A stretch of DNA of 63,900 nucleotides, the filler included, from Reclinomonas americana ATCC 50394 (lineage: Eukaryota): the NCBI GenBank assembly GCA_048213135.1. It is 18 parts of 18 records of this genome, joined end to end, with 100 filler letters (N's around TTAATTAATTAA, not from the genome) between each part and the next. Parts side by side here need not be neighbours in the genome. Positions count along the whole stretch, not along the records: positions 1 to 1,738 come from AFZH01020865.1; positions 1,839 to 5,792 come from AFZH01020866.1; positions 5,893 to 7,137 come from AFZH01020867.1; positions 7,238 to 12,839 come from AFZH01020868.1; 14 more parts are not named here. The stretch is one strand, 5' to 3'. Every line of letters begins with the position of its first letter. Positions within the stretch are counted from its first letter, which is position 1. Positions 1 to 9,228 of the stretch are shown here, piece by piece. Position numbers and translations under genes: made by a program. The notes below the pieces were generated by a model that ran no database searches, was not told the DNA's origin, and worked only from the letters and a program-made list of their open reading frames with translations.

Positions 1-158
1 TGCAAAGCAAAACAGTGGAGGCGTCGTACGTTGGTTGAAACAGAAGAGAGCTTGTTATGCTGTTGGTGAGGCTCATATCGGTGGTGGCTGGTGGTAGGCG
101 CAGTAATGCGGTGAAGATCGCAGTTCTCGACTTGTTCGGAGCTCTGAGAGCGAACGCA

Positions 159-612
159 CAACAACAACAATTCATTCACCAACAAACAGGCAACAGCTGT
201 CTTGATGACCACACACACAAGGAACCTACTGCTGCTTCAAGATTGGTGTCTGTGTTGATGTGTTGGATATGGTTGAACTTGGTCATCAAGACAGCTGTTG
301 CTTGAATTGTTACAACAACAACAACTTTACTAACAACAACAACAATTCATTCACCAACAAACAAGCAACAGCTGTCTTACTAATTATAATCCAAACAGCA
401 ACACAGCTGCATGATGATCACCATCTTGAGTGAGCACCTGAAAAGCTTGTCATGAGCCGTGGTTTCTCTTGCAGAAACGCCAGCATTAGCCATCTCGACT
501 TTCTCTCAGTGTTCACGTGATGTCTGAGTTTCTGGTGCTCACTCAAGATGGTGATCATCATGCAGCTGCTGCTGTTTGGATTAGTAAAGTTGTTGTTGTT
601 GTTGTTGTTGTT
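159..612. repeat. Composite palindromic repeat element (two inverted-repeat pairs, (CAA)n tracts, one direct repeat)
   Basis: Perfect 22-bp IR 190-211/280-301; perfect 35-bp IR 404-438/534-568; direct repeat ~159-203/~334-378; related copies at ~41778-41862 and ~59619-59676. Confidence 0.85.
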
Positions 613-1119
613 GTCAGACATCACGAAAAAAAGCGAGAAAAAGTCGAGTTTTTGTTCTGCCTTTTTTTCTCGAACTGTTTCTGTGGTGTCTCATTTTTTG
701 CGTTCACTCAAGTCATCCATGTGTGGACTGCTATTTGGTTTTATTAAAATTCTCTTCCTACACACTTGCTACTCCTATGAATTTCTGTTTCCGTATTGAC
801 AATTGCCGCATTTTCTTGAAATTCGTAACGTCCACCTCGTAATATCATGTGCCGGTCGCTCTGCCACTCCTCCTCCTCCTCCACTCCCCCCTCCCCGCTC
901 CTCTGCCCCCCACCATCCCCACTCCCACCCCCATTTCCACCCCATCGCCTCCGCCCAACCGAGAGCAACGGACCAGATGTTCGGAACCGAAAAGCGCTTA
1001 ACCGGTTTCCCGTTTAGGCAGGTGGTCACTTTTTTCATATGTGGGAAGGAGAGGAGGCAAGATTGTCAACAACAGCAACAGCAACAGCAACGACGACGAA
1101 CTGCGCAGCAGTCGCTCTG

Positions 1120-1738
1120 ATGACCTTTGCTCACGGCACCAGCGGTGTCGGCATGCACCGAGTCCACTCTGTGGGTGGCGCACTCGACAACCGCGAGACG
1201 CGCCTGCTTCAGTTGCAACGCGCACCGTCCGGGCCCGCCTCAGAACCACTCCCTCCCGTCCCCGACAACTCTCCTGTAGTTCGTTGCGTCTCACCGACAC
1301 ACTCACACACAGAGAGAGAGAGACAACAACGCACACGCAATGTGTGTACGGTTGTTGAGCAATCAGAGGTCGCGTCCCAACTCCCTCTCCCTCACTCTCA
1401 CTTCTCTGACAAACAGCCTCGCGTCATCAACCGCGATGGCCATGGGAACGCAACGATGATGAGGACGAAGAGGAGGAAGAGGAAGAGGAAGAGGAGGAGA
1501 ACGACGACGATGAAGAGAGTATGCACGTGGATGGGGACGACGAGGACGACACCGAGCCCTCTCCTCCTCCTCCTGCTCAACTTGCACTGCGCGTGTCTCG
1601 TCCACCTGCGCCCTATGAGCTGCTGCGACAGTGCGGGCAGGGCGCGTGGGGATCGGTGTTTGTCGGTCGTCGTTGTGTGTCACAAGAGGGCGAAAAGTCG
1701 TCGTCGTCGTCACTGGTCGCTGTCAAAATGTCGCCACT
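1120..1738 (+). CDS. Ser/Thr protein kinase, 5' part only (runs into gap)
   Basis: YELLRQCGQGAWGSVFVG...LVAVK (Gly-rich loop and VAIK-type Lys) after an acidic tract; probable intron 1283-1416 (C|GTTGCGT...CAG); start codon uncertain. Confidence 0.7.
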
Positions 1739-1838
1739 NNNNNNNNNNNNNNNNNNNNNNNNNNNNNNNNNNNNNNNNNNNNTTAATTAATTAANNNNNN
1801 NNNNNNNNNNNNNNNNNNNNNNNNNNNNNNNNNNNNNN
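1739..1838. other. Assembly gap spacer (first of 17)
   Basis: N-run + TTAATTAATTAA (stops in all six frames) + N-run, 100 nt; others start at ~5793, 7138, 12840, 14644, 20145, 21699, 29398, 33532, 36028, 41863, 47257, 51064, 54831, 57428, 59043, 60585. Confidence 0.97.
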
Positions 1839-2247
1839 TGCACAAGAGAGGAGGGTGGGAAAGAGAGAAAGAGAGAGAGAGAAGTGAGTGAGCTGTGAAA
1901 AGGGAGTGATCGTGAAAGTGACGGATCACACTTTCATCATGTTCTCTGCGCCTCTCCTTCTTCTCTTCCTCTCCTCTCTTTGCTTCTCTCTGCTTCTCTT
2001 CTCTCTCCTCTCGCTGTGTGTCTGCGGTTGCAGTACCGTTGGAGAGTGATACGACGAGAACCGTAATCGAAGCCCGCCTCTGAGTCAATGTTGTTGCCGA
2101 GACCGCGAAAGCTGACACTCATAGGGCGTGCGGCGGCACTTCGATGCGACCCGCCACTGTGTGTCGAGTCTGCATCGCTCATTCTCTCTCAAAGGTCTTG
2201 CTTTTGTGCACAATGGGACCGCCGCGAGCACCACTGTCACCCTTGCA

Positions 2248-3813
2248 ATGAAACGATCGCGGGATGAGGATGCAGAGGATGCAGAGGAACAGGAGGAGCG
2301 CGTGCAGAAGCGGGCCAAGTCGGCGGATAACTTTGTCGACTTTGGCGCGTTGGCCTCCGCGCATGAACCTCTACGCGCCTTTCTCGTGTCGAAGCGCGGG
2401 GACGAGGAGTCGTTCACCATCAACTTTCGCGATCCGCGGGCGGTGGCGGCCTTGACACGTGCCATGTTGTGTGTGCAGCATGGCTTGAAGACGTGGGTGC
2501 ATCCGGTGTTGGAGGACGAGGACGGTGAGCAACTGGTGCCGCCCGTTCCGAACCGGCGTAATTATGTCAAGTGGATTGCCAGGGAGCTGATGGCGGACGC
2601 TGGCGAAGGCGAGGTGTGGGGCGTGGATATCGGAACGGGAGCGTCGTGCATCTATCCGTTGCTGGGCGCGTCCATGTATGGATGGAACTTTGTGGCGACG
2701 GAGATCGATCCCGTATCGGTGCAGGTGCATGTGGACTCTCCTTTTCTCTGTCTCTTGCTCTTTCTTTCTTTGCTTGCTGCTCATTCCCAGTTGCAGTACG
2801 CTCAACGGAACGTGGAGCTGAACGAGCTGCAGGAGAAGATTGTCGTGCGACGGGTGATGCCGACGCGACAGGCGCCGGTGCGAGGTGTCGCGGCCGGTCC
2901 CGTGGCTGGACCGGCCATGCCGCCGGCCCTCGCTGCGGCCATGGCTGCTGCTGCTGCTGCTGCTGCCGGCAGTGGCGATGCAGCTGGCGATGGCGACGAC
3001 GACGATGACTATCCACTGCTGTGGGACCACTCGCACGATGCGCCCGCCTCGGGTGGAATTCTCGATCCGCCCGACCGCCTGTACCACTTCGTCATGTGCA
3101 ATCCGCCGTTCTTCGAGGAGGCCTCTGAGTACGCGGGCGAGGACAGCGGTCGCGCCAACCCGTCCACCGGTGGTTCGCAGGCCACCGAGTCGGAGCGGTA
3201 CTTTGGGCGTGGCGGCGAGGTCGGCTTTGTGTCGCGCATCATTGACGACTCGCTGCTGCTGCGCAATCGTGTGCGCTGGTTCTCCACCATGCTGGGCCGC
3301 CAGAAGAGCCTCAAGCCACTGCAGGCGCGCCTGCGCGACTACGGCGTGAAGAACATCAAGACGGGCACGCTGGAGCAGGGGCGCACCATGCGCTGGGTGC
3401 TGGCGTGGTCGTTTGTCGAGAACGCAGAACAGGGCGAACCGCAACTGAATCGCCGTCGGCTGGACCTGATGGCGGGCGCCACACGACACGCCTTTGCCAT
3501 TCGCAGTGCGCGCAACGTGGCCGAGCTGACCGAGAGCATGCGTCAAGCGATCGAACGAGTGGCCGGTGTGTCGGGTCTCTCACTCGATCCCGGCACCTTT
3601 GTGATTCGCGGCACCGGCACGCCAGCCACAGGCGGTCCCTCCGACCAGTTCTCGGTGCAGCTGTTCCAGGTGAAGCCGGGCGTGTATTCCGCCGAGATCA
3701 AGCGACGAGGTGCCATGCAGGGACGCCAACCGCAGCCGTCACGGTGGGCGGGGTGGGCCGAGATGTGCGTCATGCTGGAGGATCAGTTTGCCACTCGCGA
3801 TGTGGTGTTGTAG
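2248..3813 (+). CDS. METTL16: METTL16/RlmF-family RNA m6A methyltransferase (U6 snRNA methyltransferase)
   Basis: LVPPVPNRRNY, GVDIGTGASCIYPLLG, FVMCNPPFF, GGEVGFV, WFSTMLG, QGRTMRWVLAWSF motifs; one in-frame 72-nt intron 2725-2796 (GTGCAT...TTGCAG) restores EIDPVSVQYA. Confidence 0.92.
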   Translation: MKRSRDEDAEDAEEQEERVQKRAKSADNFVDFGALASAHEPLRAFLVSKRGDEESFTINFRDPRAVAALTRAMLCVQHGLKTWVHPVLEDEDGEQLVPPVPNRRNYVKWIARELMADAGEGEVWGVDIGTGASCIYPLLGASMYGWNFVATEIDPVSVQVHVDSPFLCLLLFLSLLAAHSQLQYAQRNVELNELQEKIVVRRVMPTRQAPVRGVAAGPVAGPAMPPALAAAMAAAAAAAAGSGDAAGDGDDDDDYPLLWDHSHDAPASGGILDPPDRLYHFVMCNPPFFEEASEYAGEDSGRANPSTGGSQATESERYFGRGGEVGFVSRIIDDSLLLRNRVRWFSTMLGRQKSLKPLQARLRDYGVKNIKTGTLEQGRTMRWVLAWSFVENAEQGEPQLNRRRLDLMAGATRHAFAIRSARNVAELTESMRQAIERVAGVSGLSLDPGTFVIRGTGTPATGGPSDQFSVQLFQVKPGVYSAEIKRRGAMQGRQPQPSRWAGWAEMCVMLEDQFATRDVVL

Positions 3814-3859
3814 GGTCGACAGACAAGCGGTATCATTAAAAGGGAATGTTTATATACTG

Positions 3860-6285
3860 TTACATTATGGGGGCGGAGGCTTGTTCTGTGGGAGGGGGGC
3901 AGTGTGACAAACACGTGAGCATGCAGTGCAAGAGAACACAGTGTATGATTCGACGCACCTCGCAGCTGCTGGAGACGCGAGTGGAGACGCTTGGAGGCGT
4001 TCCGAACCTCCATGGCTCGGCGCACCTCCAGCTGTCGGTAGTGCTCGTCGAGTGCCCAGGAGCGCATTTCGCGCTGCCAGTCGAGCCGTCCGCGGTTCTG
4101 CTTTACCACCGACGAGTGCGGTTCGGCGGCCAGCGCCCTGCACATTACGAATGAGGTCAGAAAGAGCAGCAAGGGAGACGAAAGTGCCTGGTTGTCAAAA
4201 CGCAACATGTCATAGTCCGATTGCGCCAACTCAAAGTGCCCGGCTTTCTCGTGAATCACGCCGCGGAGATTCAACGCGCCGGCATGTCGCGGGGCGAATG
4301 ACAGTGCTCCTGTGTGTGTAAGCGAGAGACACTCATGAGCACCACTCTCATATTCACACACAGGGATGGCGACGCAACGATCCACATCACGCAGTGCTTC
4401 GCGCTCCATGCTGAACAGCATGTACAGCTTCGCTCGTTGGAAGTGCAGCTCGGCATCTCTCGAGTCCAGTGTGAGAGCACTGTGCGGAACGGTGGGGAGA
4501 GTGAGTTTCCCCTCCATGAGCGCCGCACAGCAGGCGTACGAAACTTTGACAAGTCGGTAATCGCACGATCAATGTCGGCCGGGGCGGCCAGTGCAGCGTA
4601 TGCCTGGCCGCGACCCGACAGCGCCTCCAGTCGCTCCTCTCGCGTCAGCACATCATTGCCCTGCCCGATAGCCATGGTGTAGTCCTCAATGGCCTGCATG
4701 GAGGGTGAGTACACTTGTCATGATCGACGGGATAATTAAAGTGACGCAACATGAGCATAGTCCTGCAAGTTGACGTACACCGACGCGCGACCGAGGAGGG
4801 CTGGGATCGACTGGGCGTCCACACGCAGCAGGCGCTTGAAATCAAACAGCGCCAAGTGGTAGTGCCGTGAGCGCCGCCGCAGCACGCCGCGCTGGTACAT
4901 GGCCTCGAACCACTCCTTGGGGAAGCGCTCGGGCGACGCAATGATGCCTTGCGAGTTCTCGCGCGTGAGGATACCCTGCGGCTCCAACAGATCGGCCGCG
5001 TCGGTTAGATCCTTGATGGCGTCGGCGTCGTTCTCCGGCCCCATGGCAGCCTTGCACATGCCGCGCCCGAGCAGCGCCACACCATTCTTCGGATCGAGAC
5101 GCAACACGCGCGTGTACTCGGCCTCGGCGTCCATGTGCCGGCCAAGGTCGCGCAAAATGTCGGCCCGATTCAACAGCATGGTCACATCCAGCAGCGACTC
5201 TGCACGACAGAGGCAGAAAGGGGTGAGGCACAACAAACGAACGCTGCTTTGGTCTGGATGTGCTGCGTCAAACCATTGGCCTCGGTGAGTCGCAACACCG
5301 CGTCAAACTCCTTCAGTGCCTCATCGGTGCGCCCGAGTTGCGCCAACACGAGACCGCGGAGGCTGCGGATCTCATGGTCAAAGTACGCCTTGGCCTCCGC
5401 CTCGATGCCCACATCCACATCGTCGAGGGCCTTTTCCAGCTCGCCCAGACCCATGAGACTCACGGCGCGGACGGAGCACGACTGTGCCGTCACGTATCCC
5501 ATGTCGATCACACGCTGCGTGGATAATACACACGGGCTGAAGTGTGAGCGGCATGGAGAACAGAACGGGAAGAGAGTGAGAGAGAGAGAGAGAGACGGAA
5601 CATTCGAGTCCTCATAACCGAGCGGAAACTCGGCCATCGCATTCGAGGCAATGGCGCGCGACAGCAGCGCCTCCACGTGATGCGGCATGACATTCAGCAC
5701 CTCGGTGCACAGCGAGCGCACTTTCGGCAGGTAGCCGCCCTCCTCGGCGATCTTGACCAGGCGCATCAGCTCGGTCACGTGTTGATCTTCAANNNNNNNN
5801 NNNNNNNNNNNNNNNNNNNNNNNNNNNNNNNNNNNNTTAATTAATTAANNNNNNNNNNNNNNNNNNNNNNNNNNNNNNNNNNNNNNNNNNNNAGACAGAC
5901 TCGTTACAACAACAACATAGTCGCTGCGCGTGGACTACTGCTACACTCACCCTCCACGAGATATCGGAGACCGGCCTCGAGTCGGCGATCGTCTCCTTTG
6001 TGGTGGTGGTGGTGGCGACGATGATCGTGTTCTCCCCCTGCTCACAGGCGACGATGCTCTCGGTGACTTCTTGGCCTGCTTCTTCTTGGAGACAGGCGGA
6101 GGCGGAGTCGCCGGCCGGCCGCCCGCAAATTGCCAGCGAGCGGGTGGCGGATCAAAGGCCTCCGAGTCCGAATCGTGGATCACTGGCGGTGCTGCATCCG
6201 GCCCGCGCCATGAGTCATCACGCTTGCTGTCTCGACGGCGACGGCGGCGACGGCGACCACCATCCGCACTCGACACACACCCCAT
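3860..6285 (-). CDS. Tetratricopeptide-repeat protein with N-terminal MGCVSS acylation motif and RS/Pro-rich region; spans gap
   Basis: Many TPRs (AEAEYTRVLRLDPKNGVALLGRG; ALFDFKRLLRVDAQSIPALLGRA; AIEDYTMAI); donors at 5950, 5601, 5273, 4750, 4544, 4378, 4206 and ~3958; TAA at 3860-3862; link of exon 1 across the gap is inferred. Confidence 0.8.
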
Positions 6286-6345
6286 TTTTCGCGTCCTGCT
6301 TGTAACGACTCTCATTGTCCTCCGCGTCCTTTTTCATTCACAAGC

Positions 6346-9075
6346 ATGCAGCGCGGGCCGGCTGTGGCTGGCTCTCCAGTGGCTGCTGCTGCTGCTCGTC
6401 GCCGCGGAGGTGCAGGTGCAGCTGGTGCAGCGTCGTACTGGGCACCTCTGCGCTACGTGCTGTACGTGCTGGCGGCAGTTGCAGTGTACCTGCTCATTGA
6501 TGCTTACAACCCGGGCATCACGCGTACTGGTGAGTGTGCACACGTGGCGTGAGAAGCAGAGAGCATGAGCGTGAGTGAGTTGGAGAGTTGTGCCGAAATG
6601 TGCATGTCGCGCTCTGTTTGCTCCACTGTTGCAGTTTGCATGCTGCGTGTTGTCTGCATGTCGTGCGTGCAGTGGCATACGCTGCATCAACGAGAGAGAC
6701 AGGGAACAAAAGAGCAGGTTTCGTTTTTTTTTTGCAAGGCATGTCGACTCACTGGCTCTCTCTTTCGACAGGCGATCCTCCTGCGCGTCCGCTTGTGCCG
6801 CGCCTCAAGTTCAAGTCGTCGACATCGGTGGCGTTGGAGCTGGGGCCGCCTGAGGCGGGCGGTCCGATGCCGTTGTTGGGCGAGGAGGTCCGTTGCGATC
6901 CGCATCCGCTCGACAAGGAGCAGTTGGCGCAGGAGGAGAAGGAGGTGCGGTGGGGCAAGAAGACCAAGGTCGACATTCCGCAGTCGGTCGAGTCGTGGGT
7001 GCCCATTGAGTATCTGGCGAAGACGCCGGTGTTCAAGATCGATGGACTGCGCCCGAAGCACAAGTACGATTGCACGGTGTGTGTTTTCCCTTCCTTTTCC
7101 TGCAGTGTGTATGCGTGGCGACATCTGATCGTGTGTGNNNNNNNNNNNNNNNNNNNNNNNNNNNNNNNNNNNNNNNNNNNNTTAATTAATTAANNNNNNN
7201 NNNNNNNNNNNNNNNNNNNNNNNNNNNNNNNNNNNNNTGTTGGGTGGACGGGCATGTTCATGATATATTGACTGGGTGTATCGCGCGCAGCACCTCGTCC
7301 ATCAAGTTCCTGTGGTTCCAGAAGTGGGAGTCGTTGGCCAACCTGGCACCGCAGTTCGAGCCGCACCACGGCATGTTTATCAACCACTTCTGCAACTCGC
7401 CCGAGATCAGCCGCAAGAGTTTGCGCCACCGAAACCTGGCCCGTGTGTGTTGCGTCACTGCATTTCAGCTCAGTCTCGTGTCGTCGACTCGCCGGCAAGG
7501 TGTGCTCACCTCATGTTGTGTGATGTGCAGACGCACCCGAGGAACTCGCCACGTTTGTGCCTGAGACGTTTGTTATCCAGGTCGACGATGAGGCCGCCAA
7601 GGCGGCCTTTGTGCAGCACGCGGCGACAGTGGCCAAGGTGTGTTGCCGTCCCTTGTCATTGTTGTTGATGATGATGATGGTCGCTCATTCTTTTCTCGCA
7701 ATGCAGTCGGCGACCGACGTGGCGTGGGTGGTCAAGCCGGACACCGACAAGAGTGTGCCGGTGTCGATCACCACCGACCCGGCTGCGGCCATCAAGTACA
7801 TGGAGGACAACTCGGCGACCGAGAAGACTTTTATCTTCCAGCGCTACATCTCGCGCCCGCATCTGCTCCAGGGTCACAAGTACCACGCGCGTGTGTGGGT
7901 CATGGTGAGATAGAGAGAGATGCATATGTGTGTGGAATATTTTGAGTTTCGTGTCAACTCACTCGCTGATTATCCTTCACCAGGTGGTCAGCCTGAACCC
8001 GCTGCAGGTGCTGATCAACGACAACTTTTATGTGATTGAGGCGCCGGAGAAGTACTCGTTTGACCAGTTTGACAACATGTTGCGTGAGATCTTAAAAATG
8101 TGCCGGTTGTGCAAGTGCTTCTCACTCCGTTAATTTCGCAGCGATGTGCACGTGTCGACTGCCGCCACTGACTTCCCTGGTCGTGACCTCGTCAAGGTCG
8201 GCGAGCTGTTCTTGGGCCTGGCGGACACGTTACGTTATTGTGTGTTGTGTGTGTGCGTCATTCCTAGTCGCGTGTGACTCACGTGTGTTGCGCAGTGAGG
8301 ATATCGAGGATACTTTCCTTAAGCGTGTTGAGCAACTGGTGGTCAAGACCCTGAAGGTGTGGCCGATGGACGGACACTTGGAGCGCCGCTTCGAGTTTAT
8401 GGCGATGGACTTCTTGGTCGACAGTGACAAGAACCTGTGGCTTCTCGATGTCGACTCTGCGCCAGGTACTGTCACCAGTGCTTCTCTCTATTTTTGTGTG
8501 TGTGAAGCTCATCCCATGTGCGCGACAATAGTGGAACCCGATCTGCCAAAGCTGCGCTTCCAGCTGTGGAGGAACGCTGTTGCCGATATTCCGACTGGTA
8601 CGTTCTTTTTGCATCTCTACTTGGCTCTCTTTTTTCTTCTGTCTCCTCCCCCGCACGGTTCTATAAGAGGGAGCGCAAACATCTTTACCTTCATGATGTA
8701 TTGTCGCTTTCGTTCCGTGCCAGAGCATTCGTAACAGAGTCGACCTCGCTATCCCGATTCTGAAGTCACTTCTGAAGTCTACGGGACGAAAGGATTTTCG
8801 GCACATTCTTTTATTCGCAGTCTCGCCACCCCCCATTCTTCCTTTTCCTTTCCGCTCGCACCGGGTCGATTCAATGGTGTATATGGGGGCTGCTGCTGCT
8901 GACGTGACTGCATTGTTGTGATCATGCAGCCGAGGTTCGGCACAAGGTGTCGACCGAGTGCAAGTTCGAGATGCGGGAGACGAGCGGCAGCTTGGGGGGC
9001 GGCTCATGGCGAGTGCTGTACTGCGGCGAGGAGGATCTGGATGCGCCAGAGAATTGCGCCGTGTCCACCGATTAG
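6346..9075 (+). CDS. Tubulin-tyrosine-ligase-like ATP-grasp protein with N-terminal signal anchor; spans gap
   Basis: INHFCNSPEISRK, VPETF, WVVKP, FIFQRYISRPHLLQGHKYHARVWV, FEFMAMDFLVDSDKNLWLLDVDSAP; hydrophobic YVLYVLAAVAVYLLI near the N-terminus; at least 9 introns; TAG at 9073-9075. Confidence 0.8.
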
Positions 9076-9228
9076 TTTGATAGCGCAGAGTGTGCTGTGT
9101 GTGTACACGTAGAATTATTGTTGGTTTCGTTTAAGAATGCACGGGAGCGTAATCTGTGGTGTACAAGAACCATTTGTTGCATTTCATTTCTCGTGGAAGT
9201 GCGCTCGTCAGCTTGTGTGTGCGTGCCG

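Noticed and set aside
1783..1794. TTAATTAATTAA repeated 17 times
   Set aside because: Always centred in a 100-nt N-run; an artificial six-frame-stop linker, not a biological repeat or CRISPR array.
2371..3546. 391-aa antisense ORF over METTL16, and similar shadow ORFs
   Set aside because: Expected by-product of high GC at third codon positions; no recognisable motifs.
4200..4544. Non-canonical TT...CAGN introns as the explanation of GTTGCGT (DLSK would fit a TPR better than DLSN at 4544)
   Set aside because: Junctions 31849 and 41121 would create stop codons and 17065 would break the SH3 core; GT-AG cleavage fits every case.
5200..5273. TPR intron that seemed to need a non-GT donor
   Set aside because: An upstream standard donor G|GTTTGA at 5273 restores the frame.
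8724..8810. Possible extra TTL exon (VDLAIPILKSLLK)
   Set aside because: No clean in-frame acceptor/donor pair; a single intron 8598-8929 joins the flanking exons in frame.
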